From: the human T2T-CHM13v2.0 reference genome, Homo sapiens
Assembly: GCF_009914755.1 (NCBI RefSeq)
Contig: NC_060938.1
DNA: 64,000 nucleotides
Direction: 5' to 3' (one strand)
Made by a program: the position numbers and the translations under genes. Below, piece by piece: positions 1-16,256 of the stretch (positions within the stretch are counted from its first letter, which is position 1; the number at the start of each line of letters is the position of its first letter). Below the pieces are notes generated by a model. The model did not search any database. It saw only the letters and a program-made list of their open reading frames with translations, and was not told where the DNA came from.

Positions 1-269
1 ACAGTGTCTTACCATGTTGCCCAGGCTGATCTCAAATTTCTGGCCTCAAGCAATCCTCCTCCCTCAGCCTCCCAAAGTGGTGGGGTTATAGGCATGAGCC
101 ATGGTGCCCAGCCCAATCATTAAATTCTACTGTATAAATTACCTTCATCCAAATTAGGATCACCAAGTAAATACATCTCAAGCTGAAGAATTTATTTGAT
201 TAGATTTTAATAAGTTGTTTTTGTTCTGAATTTTACTGAATTGTTCCCATCTCATTTTTGTGTGTCTGA

Positions 270-552
270 AAACAGTCTCAGTCTGTCACTCAGGCTGGAG
301 TGCAGTGCAGTGGCATGATCATAGCTCACTGCACCCTTGAACTCCTGGGCTCAAGTGATCCTCCTCCCTCAGCCTCCCAAGTAGCTAGGACTGCAAGCAT
401 GTACCACCATGCTTAATTTTTAAAATTTTCTTGTAGAGACAGGGCCTCACTGTGTTGCCCAAGTGGGTCTCAAATTTCTGGTCTCAAGCAGTTCTCCTGC
501 CTCAGCCTCCCAAAGTGCTGGGATTACAGATGTGAGCCACTGCACCCAGCCT
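270..552 (-). mobile_element. Alu (J-like); another Alu fragment at 1-112
   Basis: Reverse-complement Alu arms (ctcccaaagtgctgggattaca etc.). Confidence 0.85.
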
Positions 553-1153
553 CATTTTGTTTTTATATTAAAATGGAAGCCAATTTCATTATTTCAAAAC
601 TCCTTTGAATAGAGCCTTGTGTATAGAGTAGAATGTTAGTGGTAGTTGCCATTATGCAGGAGTCCCTTAGGCTTATCATTCTTTTAAGCCCAAGGAACCC
701 CTAGATCTTTTATGAGTGGGTTTCAGCTCTCATATAGTACTTATAAAGGAACAGCTCCTCTTCCTATTTCCTTCTCCTACTTGAGCCTTCAGCCTATCCT
801 TTGGCTGACACGTATAAGATTTTGGTTCCACCATTTCTGTTTTCCCTGTAAGTTAGAGATTCCTCTGTCACTGACTGATGAGTAGGTAACTACACAAACA
901 ATAGTTTGGCTTATAGACTCAGAATATTTGATTGCCAGAGTTAAAATGCCAGCCTTATGACATGGCTAAAGTGCTGTCCCAAGGCCACAGTGACATCTAT
1001 CAGTCCGTGCATGTGTTTGCTTTGGAAGTAGATAGCCTTCATTCACCCCTGTAGTGCATTCTCCATCCTCCACTCTTAATACTTTTTACTATGAATTATT
1101 TTTTCTATAATTCAACTGTAACCTATTCTAGATTTGCTTTCAATCTTTTACAG

Positions 1154-1192
1154 TTACTAAACCAAGGAGATTTAACTGAAAGACGGACATGA
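1154..1192 (+). CDS. ZNF410: ZNF410 last coding exon (LLNQGDLTERRT*)
   Basis: Pyrimidine tract ending tttacag, then TTA CTA AAC CAA GGA GAT TTA ACT GAA AGA CGG ACA TGA. The peptide matches the ZNF410 C-terminus as I recall it. Confidence 0.88.
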   Translation, partial: LLNQGDLTERRT

Positions 1193-2170
1193 GCGTGGGT
1201 GCTGACTCCTGGAAGAGCAACTCTATCTGATCTCAAAATGCGTATACTGGGAACAGGATGCCTTAGCCCACAACAGAACCAGAATGAATCTTTGAAGGCA
1301 CAAGACTCTGCTTTTGCCACTCTTCCTCTTTCCTGGTATAGAAGATGGATGTAGGAGAGCTTCTTTTCTAACTACCATCTGATCAGACAAGGAATGAAGC
1401 AATGACTGTGGGCTGGGAAACTGTACCTACCTCTCTTCCCACTGCAAATTTCTGGGATAGACCAAAAGTGAATTTGATTATGTGTTGGCTGAAGTTCTTC
1501 ATTCTGACTGTTGAGGGGAGGTTTTCCTTTGAAGAGTTTTCATCCCAGACTCAGCTGTCTTTTCACATGGATGAAATAATTCCTGCTACCAACAACAGAG
1601 CTTCACCAGGAAGTTGAGTTTTCAAGATGCCTTGTTGCTTTGAAGAAGGGAGTGATGTCAATTCTCTTGTTACATTCTCCCTTTAGCAACCTGAGTAAGA
1701 GACTCTCTGCCACTGGGCTGCAAAAAAATAAATTACTTGAATCTCCCCTTGGCCCAGGCTGAGGTACTATCTTGTCCTATACACTTCTACTTGGTCACTT
1801 TGCTTTCTTCGTTAATGGAACATACAGTAGCATGTTAAGAGGGATTTCATGTTTTTGTTTTTTTAAAGTTAAAAATTACATGATGCAGAGATTCAGGTTT
1901 TCCTTTAAATAAACAAAACAGCCCAGTCAGTTCTTTGGCTCTTGTTTTATACAAAATTTGTTTTCTTAGAGATTAAGAATTTAATCTTTCCCTTTAAAAT
2001 AGTGTATTGATTTACCCTTAGGATTCCATACCAGTAAAACTGAACCGAGGAGTCTTAGGAAACAACAAGAACATCTTCATTTCTTAAGCCCAGGTGATAG
2101 TTACTCTGTCACCACCAAAAAAGACGCATCTGAGAAAATGGCAATAAAAACAGATACTTCTGAATTTTTC
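1193..2170 (+). other. ZNF410: ZNF410 3' UTR with tandem poly(A) signals
   Basis: Repeat-free stretch after the stop, with AATAAA at 1727-1732, 1908-1913 and 2143-2148. The exact 3' end is inferred. Confidence 0.6.
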
Positions 2171-2289
2171 CACAAAGATAGTTTTTTTAAAAAAGCTTGA
2201 GAAAGGTGCTTTAGTTAGAGCAGGCACTCTTGCTATCAATCATCCTGTCTCCACAGCTACTGAGAAAATATCCACTCATCATCATTATG

Positions 2290-2575
2290 ATTTGAGATGG
2301 GGTCTTGCTCTGTCACCCAGGCTGGAGTGCAGTAGTGTAATCATAGCTCAATGTAACCTTGAACTCCTACGCTCAAGGCATCCTCCCACCTCAGCCTCCT
2401 GAATAGCTAGGACTATAGGCATGTACCACCAGTCCAGCTAACTTTTTGTGGTTTTTTTGGTAGAAATGAGGTCTGTGTTGCCCAGGCTGGTCTTGAACGC
2501 CTGGCTTCAAGCGATCCTCCTGCCTTGGCCCCTCAAAGTGCTGGGATTACAAGCATGAACCACTGCACCGAGCCA
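2290..2575 (-). mobile_element. Alu (J-like)
   Basis: Dimeric Alu in reverse complement. Confidence 0.85.
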
Positions 2576-2852
2576 GAATATCCAATTATTATTGGTGAGA
2601 AGAAAATTATTCCAAAGTTCACCTACTAGTAGAAAATCTTGGTTGTCTGGGAAATTTTAAGTTTACTTAAAATGAACCTCATGCTCACATAAACACACAG
2701 GCACATTCTAAACAGATAACGGGAGAGAATTGTTTTAAATTCTTAATTTGTTAATGACATGCATAATCACATAGTACATAGACTGTGTTCATGGCAATTA
2801 CTTGTATTCTTAGAATGCCAGTTTTTGCTTCATGCAGCCATTTATATTAGAG

Positions 2853-3076
2853 CAGTGGTTCTCAGCCAGGCACATTTTTGCCCCCTGGGGATATGCAATA
2901 TCTGGAGACATTTTTGGTTGTCACAGCTGGGGAGAGGGGTACTACTGGCATCTAGCAGGTAGTGGCCAGGGATGCTACTAAACATTCTACAATGTACAGG
3001 ACAGTTCCCTTCCCCAACCCTCAACAAAGAATTAGGTGGCCCAAAATATTAATAGCACTGAGGATAAGAAATCCTG
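2853..3076. mobile_element. MER20 (hAT-Charlie DNA transposon), near full length
   Basis: cagtggttctc ... ggagacatttttggttgtcac ... gaaatcctg; degenerate 8-bp TSD tattagag / tactagaa. Confidence 0.8.
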
Positions 3077-3455
3077 TACTAGAAGTTGTAAGTTTTTCAT
3101 CCCCCATGGGCTAGATCTGATATGCAGATGTATTTTATTTTGCCCATACAATATTTCTAAGTAATTTTTAAATTAGTTGATAGCATACAAATTTCTGGCT
3201 TGATGAAAATGTAGTTGATGTAGTAACTCTGAGCCTATATTCCAGCAGGATTTGATACTTTCCAGTGTCTACTATCTCCTACTGTCTACACCCACTCCAT
3301 GGACGCATTTATGTTTCTGCACTAGCCCCTTATAGGCATTTGGGCCTGTGCTCTCTTTTCTGTACCTAATTCTCTAAGTGTGAGGCACAAAGCAGGAACC
3401 CTTAACTTTAGGCTACCATCCCTCCACCTGAGCCTCCCCACTTTGATTTCCTTGA

Positions 3456-3845
<390 letters not shown>

Positions 3846-3906
3846 TGACTCAAACCCAAGTTAGCTGCTTAATATTTTTCAAAAGCAGTAATTTTAAGTG
3901 TAGTGA

Positions 3907-4045
3907 TTAAGCAAGTGATACGAGATTTTCTGGTGACTGATGAGACAGCTCCTCCAGTACTTTCCTGGGGCTTGCAGGCTGTTCTAGAGATCCTTCTAAA
4001 CCCTGCTCTGGATCTCTGATGCTGAGTTTTGTAGTTTCTTGGAAC
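3907..4045 (-). CDS. FAM161B: FAM161B exon 9 coding part (FQETTKLSIRDPEQG...ENLVSLA*)
   Basis: Acceptor ttctgcag|G; 139 nt = 1 nt + 46 codons; TAA at 3909-3907. Confidence 0.93.
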
Positions 4046-4079
4046 CTGCAGAATAAATTAAAACATGAAAAACAAAAAA

Positions 4080-5210
<1,131 letters not shown>

Positions 5211-5599
5211 GGTTATGGAGAAGGTGATACTAATGAGCTACCTTTAAGGAATGCTAGAAAAACAGTTTTATAGTTTTATAAGAAGTCAAAATATACATGA
5301 TTTTTCTTCAAAAATAAAGTAGAAATAGTTTCAGCTCATGAAATTGGAACTGGAATTGGAAAATGATCTGTTTCAAAATGGAAGAAAACGAAACATAATT
5401 TGTCAGATTTTATTCACAACTGCACCACTCTCTAAATTCAAATGTGTTACTTGGAGATCTCTGGATTACTTATTAATGTTACATAAATACAGGATTATGA
5501 TCTCAAAATACCAGTGGCTATTCTAAAGTTTCCTCCCAGTGGTATTACTGGGTATGACAATTTAGAGAGCTGCAGAATGACAGCAACATTTCAGGTTAC

Positions 5600-5739
5600 C
5601 TGGGAAAATCCTTGATTTTGGTCTCTTTCTCTTGAACAGCCCGGGTGCCTTGACCCTTGTTTCTCACAAAGTCTTCCTCCAGCCCAGCCTGCTTCAGGGT
5701 GTCTAGATACCACTGTTCTGCTTCTTTCTTGGCTAGATC
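5600..5739 (-). CDS. FAM161B: FAM161B exon 8 (DLAKKEAEQWYLDTLKQAGLEEDF...KDFP)
   Basis: cacag|GAT ... CCCAG|gtaacc; 140 nt; phase fits both neighbours. Confidence 0.93.
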
Positions 5740-5899
5740 CTGTGGGATGGAAATTAATCTGTTGTAGCTGTCTTATGAATTACCAGACAATTCTAAATTA
5801 CTTAATCAGTATTGTTACAATACTGCCACAACCACCACCACCCTTATTGTGGGGCATAGATTTGCAAGAAAATTATTTAACCCTTGTTTTCCAGCCTTA

Positions 5900-6044
5900 A
5901 TGTGTATATAAATCACCTGAGGTCTTGTTAAAATGCAGATTTCACATTTGGTAGGTGTCAGATGAGGACTGTAATTCTGTATTTCTAACACTCCCCAGAG
6001 ATGCCAAACTGTTGATTTGGGAGTCACAATTTTGAAAAGCAATG
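5900..6044. mobile_element. MER5-like DNA transposon fragment
   Basis: aatcacctgaggtcttgttaaaatgcagatt ... tctgtatttctaacactcccc resembles MER5A. Confidence 0.6.
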
Positions 6045-6701
6045 ACTTAGACTTTTGGGAGACAAATGAGACCCAGATTTAAAAGGATGGACTAAAAACC
6101 TAAGATTTTAAAGCAACAAACCATTATCAGGAACACTAAAATAAAATAGAAAATAAGCTACACCAAGACTCTTAGTGGAAGGACAGATGGTCTGCATGTG
6201 GACCAGCAGAATATTATTTTTTGTTTAAGTATTCAAGAACAAAATCATAGAGTACTTTGTATTTTTCCTAGAGAGGTGAAAGATCTGTTGAGATCTGAAG
6301 AGTGAGCTTGCTTAACATTAACATAAAGAAGCATGAGATTTTGAACAATGCAGGTTGCTAAGTAAATCCAAGACCATGTGTGCTTATGTGTGTGAGAGGA
6401 GAAAGATTTATGGAGGGAGGAGGAAGTGGAGCCAGCAAATGCCTAGACAATGTACTAACTATAAGATGGAGCTAATGCCCTGCCATTGGAACTAGGTCAC
6501 TATGGAACCCCAACTTGTCTGAAACTGGAGAGGAAAGAGATCCACAGAGCCTAATGCAGTAGAAACAGAGCATCCTTACATCCTTACGGAGATCTCAGCT
6601 GAGTCCAACATCCCTAAAAGTCTACAGAGAATATCTTAAAATGATACTCTTCCAGGATACTTCGGGTACACTGCCTATGGGTTAGCCCTGCTCCATAAGG
6701 A

Positions 6702-6727
6702 ACACACACTCACACACACACACACAT
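6702..6727 (+). repeat. Interrupted (CA)n microsatellite
   Basis: acacacactcacacacacacacaca. Confidence 0.8.
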
Positions 6728-7252
6728 GCATACAAAATAAAAGAAGAAAAAAAAATTTCAGGCTTCCAGCCTGAAAGCCACTTAGTCTAGAGAAAGCCTT
6801 GCAGGGTGTTTGTGGGCATCCTAATGCTTGGAGACCTATAAATATACCACAGCTCTAGAGGCTGGGGAGGCCCAGGGCCAGCAGCACTGCCAGAGGAGAG
6901 ATACCTTTCCAGCACTGTGAACAGTGGCTCCAGAGCATAGAAAGAGCCAAATGGTCCCTGTGTCTCTGGGGTCTAATGCCCAGTCTGATGAAATCTGAAT
7001 GGTAGACTACAGTGAAAGCTCTAGGAAGTGAAATATCCCTTTATCGATGCCTTTGGAGTCCACTCTTGGATGAAATCAACACAAGCAGCATTCTCTATTG
7101 TACTATTTATTTTGGGAAAAGAAGGTAGTAGTGAAATTAGAATTTCTGGGCCTCAAGGAAAATTTTAATACCCACATATTAAAATTGTTTTGTAATTTTT
7201 CAGAGTCCTTTTATCTAAGGCAGAAAGAAAACAAATGATGGTTTAGTTTTAC

Positions 7253-7352
7253 CTTGGCAACTTGTTCAAAGAGATAGGGCCTTGTTTGTATTCGCTGCTT
7301 CATTTCCTCCAGTTCTTTCTTATATTCTTTCGCTCTTTTACGGTCATTGTTC
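7253..7352 (-). CDS. FAM161B: FAM161B exon 7 (NNDRKRAKEYKKELEEMKQRIQTRPYLFEQVAK)
   Basis: ttccag|G ... AAG|gtaaaa; 100 nt; coiled-coil-like, with the FAM161-type RPYLFE segment. Confidence 0.93.
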
Positions 7353-7598
7353 CTGGAATTAGCAAGACTTTTAGAAAGAATTTCATCTTTTCTAATCCAG
7401 AGTACCCTTCATTTCCAGTAAAGCAGTGTAACTCTCGTGTACACTGTAAATTCCTATCTGACTTGGAAAATCATGACCCTGCTGTGATTACAGGAGCCTA
7501 CCTACCTCGATAACTCTATTTTGCATTTTCTGGCAATAGGCCAGTGGTCTGTTGGATCCCAAGGCAAGCACCCCTTTTGACACATAGAGGACACTGAC

Positions 7599-7763
7599 CG
7601 GTTCTCTTTCAGCTTTGCTTTGAACACTTCCTCCAGGCTTTTATGGGGATCCATGGCTTTTGCACGCAAGGTCACAGATTTGGACATTGCTTGAGACTTC
7701 TTTTTGTGTATCTCCAGCCACTGAATACTCTCATCTGCTTTGTTCTTTTTTTCAAGTGCACTT
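7599..7763 (-). CDS. FAM161B: FAM161B exon 6 (SALEKKNKADES...KLKENR)
   Basis: tttag|A ... AACCG|gtcagt; 165 nt; lies within ORF 7502..7822. Confidence 0.93.
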
Positions 7764-7766
7764 CTA

Positions 7767-8649
<883 letters not shown>

Positions 8650-8840
8650 TTAAAATATCCTTACTTAGGTCGGGCACGGTGGCTCATGGCTGTAATCTCA
8701 GCACTTTGGGAGGCTGAGGCGGGCTGATCACAAGGTCAGGAGTTCGAGACCAGCCTGGTCAACATGGTGAAACCCTGTCTCTACCAAAACTACAAAAAAA
8801 ATTAGCTGGGTGTAGTGGCACGTGCCGGTAATCCCAGCTA

Positions 8841-8969
<129 letters not shown>

Positions 8970-9027
8970 TTACTTAAACAGTCCAACATTCAATAGGTCT
9001 TCGCCTATCTGGATACAAAATAATACT

Positions 9028-9256
9028 AATAGCTACCATTTACTGAGCTCCTTATTATGAACCAAGTACCATTACATTTCACATTGTCCTCATAACTGCC
9101 TTATGAGGTAAATACTAAATTCCCTTTTTATAGGGGAGGTGATTGAGGCTCAAAGGAGGTAAGCCCCTTGCTCAAAGCTACCCAGCATGCCAGTGGAAAA
9201 GCCCCTATTGGACCAGGACCTCTGACTCCGAAGCCTCTGGCCTTGACCACTCTGCT
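9028..9256. mobile_element. MIR element
   Basis: taatagctaccatttactgag ... tgaggctcaaaggaggtaag ... tctgactcc core. Confidence 0.7.
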
Positions 9257-10576
9257 GGAAACAGTGGGCTGGAAGGTGTCTGGGTTCATGGTCCTTTGGG
9301 AATACAAATCTGCACATTCAGAGAGAACTGGAAATGAGCCTCCCTCAGTGCAGACTATTTGGGTTCAACTTGTAGCACTTAGTTTGTTCAGTTATCTACA
9401 AAGTAATATGTTGAGTTCTTCCAAAAGGAAAATCAACCAAGACTCTTATATTTGGATGTTTATATTCAAATGGACATACTGGGAAGAAGGACATGAAAAT
9501 TTAATCTGTTAATATGTCAGATTCCCTGTGGCTGGAAAGCAGATGTGGATGTCCTCTATAGGAAGGCCAGCCTCTTTGTTCAGGAGGCCTGTGTTCTTGG
9601 GCCCTCAGGATACTGAGCAATTAATTAGCCCTGATTTAGTAGGTCTAACTGAAGTCTGAAGAAGAAAGGAGTATCCCTTGGACCGTAAATACTCTTCTAC
9701 AATCCCTGCTGTGGGGCTTAACGATCCAAGTAGGTTCTGAGTACTCCCCTACATGCCCCATGGGAAGGCAGTAAGACATTAGTCCTCTCCCTGGCCTAAG
9801 CTGCTGTTACACCATGACCTCTCTTGCCTACTTCAGCTCAGAAGCCTGGTGGAAGAACCCTTGCTGGGGGCTGGCTTAATGAGAACATCATAACAGAATC
9901 AGGTCAGTTGAAGAGTTAAAAATAAGCAGGCTCTTGCTGCCCAACAGACTCTGACATCTTCCCAAGATGAATCTCAGAGAATCTCAAATCTATGCAATGG
10001 ATGTCTCATATTTGCGGCAACTTCAGCCACCTGCTAGCATGCTTCTCTGAATTCTTGTTCCTCACTACTCCCTTCCTCTCACCCATGGGCTTTTATCCAT
10101 GTTCTCTCTGTCTGGAACCTTCCTTCTCTCCAGGCTTTGTCTGGCGAACTCTTCCTTGTTCTTCAGTTTCACTTTAGACATCTATTCCACAAGACAAGAC
10201 CCCCCTGCTCCAGGCTGCCCAGTGCCCTCACAGTCCCCTTTACCCCCCATCATTGCACTACTCAAAAAATATGGCCATTGCTTCTTTGCTTTTCTGTATT
10301 TCAGACTAGATAATAAACTGGAGGTTCCCTAAGATCTCCAGCCTTAACACTGTGCCTGGCACAGAATAAGCCCACTATGAATATGTGCTGAATGATGGCT
10401 AGCTGTTCTCCAAGCACCAGGTGTGGAGAACCGCAATTGTTCCAGTCCTGATCAGAAAATTCCCTTTGACCCCTTGAGGTATCTCTGATAACAGGAAAGG
10501 AGGCCCCTTGGCAGGGAGGTTTCCAGCATTTGGGGCCAGAATCAGAGCATGGGTCTCGTGCAGCCTGACCACTCAC

Positions 10577-10704
10577 CTGACTGCAGATTCCCTCTTCCTG
10601 GTGGCATCTGTGATGTGCACAGGGAGAGTGTTGGCAGAGAGGGAAGCAAGGCCGCTCAGAGAACGACTCCTTGGCAGGGGTGTAGCTGGTGGCTGTGGGG
10701 AATC
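10577..10704 (-). CDS. FAM161B: FAM161B exon 5 ([18 protein letters not shown]...[11 protein letters not shown])
   Basis: ttctag|GAT ... GTCAG|gtgagt; 128 nt; phase fits. Confidence 0.93.
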
Positions 10705-10751
10705 CTAGAAGAAACAAAGGTTGGTATTGGTGGGACAGCATGTGTGATTAG

Positions 10752-11870
<1,119 letters not shown>

Positions 11871-12019
11871 TTATAGGAAAGTGAATCTGCTTACAACTGA
11901 GCTGGTGTTTAAAAAAAAGATAGGAAAACCTTGTTGAGAAGTGCTTTCCAGGAAGACCTGGCCCCACCCTGTATTTCAGGCCGCAGCCCTGACCCTCCCA
12001 CAGCTGCCTGGGCTCTCAC

Positions 12020-12366
12020 CTGCCTCCTTCCGGTGGTGGCAGCATCACAGGGCCGCTGAGGGTGGCGCAGGTTGGCGGTCCTCAGCAAGAAGGGCTTGTT
12101 GCGAGTGGCCTCTTGGGTTTCTCTTCTTTTGGCTGCTCTTCTCTGGAAGGCCTTGTAAAGGCCCTCATAGTCAGGGACCACAGGATTCACCCGAGGCTGG
12201 AATCTGAAGTTAGTGTGCAGAAACCCAAGCTTTTCCTGCTGGGTTCGGGTGGCTGTGCGGGGCTGTGGGTTAGCCCGGTTACTAGAGGAGGCGATAGGGG
12301 AAGAGGCCATCTGGAGCATGTCCAGGGCTCTCATTTGGATGCGAATTTTCCTGAAGAGCTCAGCTT
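12020..12366 (-). CDS. FAM161B: FAM161B exon 4 (AELFRKIRIQMRA...TTGRRQ)
   Basis: ccacag|AA ... CAG|gtgaga; 347 nt; lies within ORF 11909..12448. Confidence 0.94.
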
Positions 12367-12779
12367 CTGTGGAGAAAGGATGGTGATGGGTAAGAAAGGA
12401 CCAAGCAAGAAACCTACAGGGTTGGAGAACTTTCCCTCTTTTACACACTAGCTGTAAGTGTTACTGGAGGCAAGTAGGAACTTTTCAGGAATTCTGACAC
12501 GTTAACATCCTGTGAGATGCCTGCAGATGGCCTGAATAGGAGTAATTATGCCACAGAAAATAACAAACATTACAAACCAGCTTCCTTTTTTTTTTTTCTG
12601 GAGAGCTTGTTAATAAATGTCATCCAGAACACCACTGCCTGTGTCAATCAGGCTGCAGAAGCAGTGACCATCTACACTTACTGAGCACTTTCTATGATTG
12701 CTTCTTCAGAGATGAAGCAGAGGAAGTGGGCCAGTAACCTGCTCCTCTCCCAGGTTTCCCCATCTGAGAGAAAGGCCCT

Positions 12780-13520
12780 ACCATCCACCCAGCTGCCCAG
12801 GCCCTTTGCCCACATCACTGACTCCTCCGTGTCTCTCATCAGTCACAAGTTCTGTCATTTCCTCCTCTTTAACCTCTCTCCAGTCCATCCTCGTTTTTTC
12901 ATCCCTGCAACCAGTTGCACAATTTCTCTACTGAATTGTGAAATAGCTTCCTCTTGGCTCAACATCCCTCCAGTCTTGCTGCCCTCTCAGATTATCTATA
13001 CAGCAATCAGAAGGATCCTTCTGAACTATATTTCTGATCATGGGCCACCCTGCCTCACTCCCTCAGTGGCTTCCCTGTGCCCTTGGGATGAAGTCCAGAC
13101 TCGCCAACGTGGCTTGCAAAGCTCCTCATGTCTGGCCCATGCCTGCCTCTTCCTTCCCACTCCCTCTTCTCTCAGCCCTCGACCTTTCCATCCCTTGCAG
13201 ATGCTCTGCTTTCTCTCCCCTCCATGCCACATTCTGCCTGCTCCACTTCTCCTCCCTCTTCGCCCCTCCTTCAGTTCAGCCCCAGGGCCCACTTTCTCAG
13301 GGGACCTTCCCTAACTGCTCCCTTGCTTCACCAATCCCCGGGTTAGGTCCCTTTGATATATGCTCCCATGCTTCCCCTTTTAATCCTTGTAAATAACTCG
13401 CCACATTTGTATGTATTTGTCTTTATCTGTTTTCCTCACATATCTACAAACTCCATGTCTGTGTGTTCACCATGGCACAGTGCCTGGAGCATGGCACATG
13501 CTACCGAAAAGTGAATAAAG
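12780..13520. mobile_element. L2 (LINE2) 3' fragment; a smaller one lies at about 10050-10395
   Basis: Pyrimidine-rich L2 body ending cacagtgcctgg ... tgaataaa. Confidence 0.65.
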
Positions 13521-13985
13521 CCTGAGCCCCTTATTTGGAGCTATACTTTTGGAAATGTGTAAATAATCATCCCCCAGGTAATTTCGGCGATTGACACTAC
13601 CTCACCAGGACGAAGGAGCCATGGGGGAGCATCTCAGGGCAGTGTGCTGGTGGTGGCATGAGCCCAAGCTGGTCCTCAGGTGTCTCACTGGTTCTCTATT
13701 CCTGCACCTGTGCTGGTGCAGAGGCCCTCATGTGCATTCACTTAGATGTCAACAGGACGAGCCTTGGGGACACTGTGGGACCTCTCACTCCTGGCACCAT
13801 ACAGGTCCTGATTGTATAGACAGACCTAACCCTCCCCAATGGCCTGCACTAAGCGTGCAGCCTCTAGTGGGTCCACCCAAGCAGCAAATCTCCAAGCCAG
13901 GCAGATCCCTGGGCCCTGACTAAATCCCTATGGTGGGATTGGTTCCCCGAGGCAGGAGGCAGCAAGGTGGCAAGGATGTCTTTAC

Positions 13986-14536
13986 CCTGGAGTTTATCCC
14001 CAAGGGCTGGCTCCAGAATGGACTTGGGAATCCTTCTGGTGGCCTTCTGCTTGGAGATCTTGGCTTCAGCTGTGGCTGCCAAGTCTCTCTGTCGAGCAGC
14101 TTCCTTTAGCTGCTCCTCCTTCTCCAGGAAGCTGAAGGGCTTCAAAGAAGAGAGGAGCAGTTCCTTCCTCTTCTGGATCCCTGCCTGCCTTCGGGCCTCG
14201 CTGCGCTCCATGATCTCTTGGTAGAGGGGCAGGTAGACATGTGCAGGCACAGGCTGTGCCCGGAACTGCCTGTGGCACTCGGCCTCTTCCTCACCCTGCC
14301 TCTGGGCCCGCTGCCTCTCCTGCTCAAAGGAGGCAGGTGAGCCCAGCCACTCGGCCTTCTTCCGGGCCTCGCGCAGCGTCATGCGGAATGGCCGAGGGAC
14401 AGTAATGGATGATGCCCAGGAGCTGACGCTTCTGTGCTGGGAGGGAGGCCGGGAGCCTGAGGGTGGCTGGGTCTGAGGCCTGGGAATGTTGGAGGGAAGG
14501 TTGTTCAGGGAGCTGCAGCGCCTTGTGGAGCCACAC
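13986..14536 (-). CDS. FAM161B: FAM161B exon 3 (CGSTRRCSS...ITVPRPFRMTLRE...FRAQPVP...GDKLQ)
   Basis: ttcccag|G ... CAGG|gtaaag; 551 nt; FAM161/UPF0564-type motifs ITVPRPF and FRAQPVP. Confidence 0.95.
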
Positions 14537-15069
14537 CTGGGAAAAAAGCAGATCTGTGAGTGGAGGACAGGGCAGTCAGGAGGCCCTGCTCCCTCCAGAC
14601 CTCCTCCCCAGTCCTCCCTTCCCACTGGTCACAGCTGGCTGCTCAGCCTAACACCACAGCCCCACAGGCCTCTATGTCCATGACCTTCCCACAGACAATC
14701 CTGGCAGCCCTAATGGAAAGTCTCTTCTCAGAATTGATCCAAGAACTGCCACTTTGCACTCTAATATTTCATATGAGAGAGAGAACAATGAGCAGAGTAG
14801 AGCTTTAGAGTCAGACAGACCTGGGTTTAAATCTTGCTTCAAACTTTGAGCAAAGTTCTGTTAAAACCTCAATTTCCTCCTATGTAGAGTGGCAAAAATT
14901 AATGTCTACTTACCAGGTTATTGGAGGAGAAAGTAAATATTAAATAAGATAAAGTAATGAGATAATGTACACTTTATCTCATTCAATATTTACTTTCTAA
15001 GGCTTGACCAAGATAAAGGTACTTTGTTGTCATTCTCAGGGAAAGTGTATTTAGGAAATGCTTCCCTGT

Positions 15070-15690
<621 letters not shown>

Positions 15691-15936
15691 GGAAAGGCTG
15701 CCCTTTAATTAATTCCAGTGCATCACTGGACTAAGTGTTGCCCAAAGTAATTCAGGATTCCTGGGGAGGAATCAGAACACCTGTTTGGAACCAAAAGCTG
15801 ATTCTCAGCTAGAGCCTCAGTAAATGGCAACTTGCAGAAGTGCTCTTTGCTTTACAGAGGAAGATGAAGCCCAGAGACACGATGTGACCTGTGTGGAGGT
15901 GTGGAGTGAGGCAGCCGTGGAGCTGCAGTGCCTTAC

Positions 15937-16256
15937 CTCAGAGCCTGCGGGCACTGGACCTGCACCATCCCCCTGTCCTTGTCTTGGAAGAAACTCTCCA
16001 GGTCCTCCTCATCTTCAGAGAGGTTTTCATCACTCTCTGGGTCAGACTGAAAGAGAGACTCCAACAGACACCATCTCCCTTTCTGCTTCAGTTCCTGTAA
16101 GTTCTGGTAAATGCTCCCAGTTGAGTCAGAAGTAGAATCTATCTCCTCCTCTGGGCTGAGGAACTCGTCAAGTTTGCTGGCCCTGGGCAAAACCAGCCCA
16201 TCCCCGGACAGCTCCTCTCCTGCCTCTGTGTCTGCGAAGGACTCGGGGGGAAATAT
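15937..16256 (-). CDS. FAM161B: FAM161B exon 2 (IFPPESF...QVQCPQAL)
   Basis: ttttag|ATA ... CTGAG|gtaagg; 320 nt; acidic segment. Confidence 0.93.

Noticed and set aside
12694-13314. 206-aa + strand ORF
   Set aside because: It lies in a pyrimidine-rich decayed L2, is Pro/Leu/Ser-biased and shows no recognisable domain.
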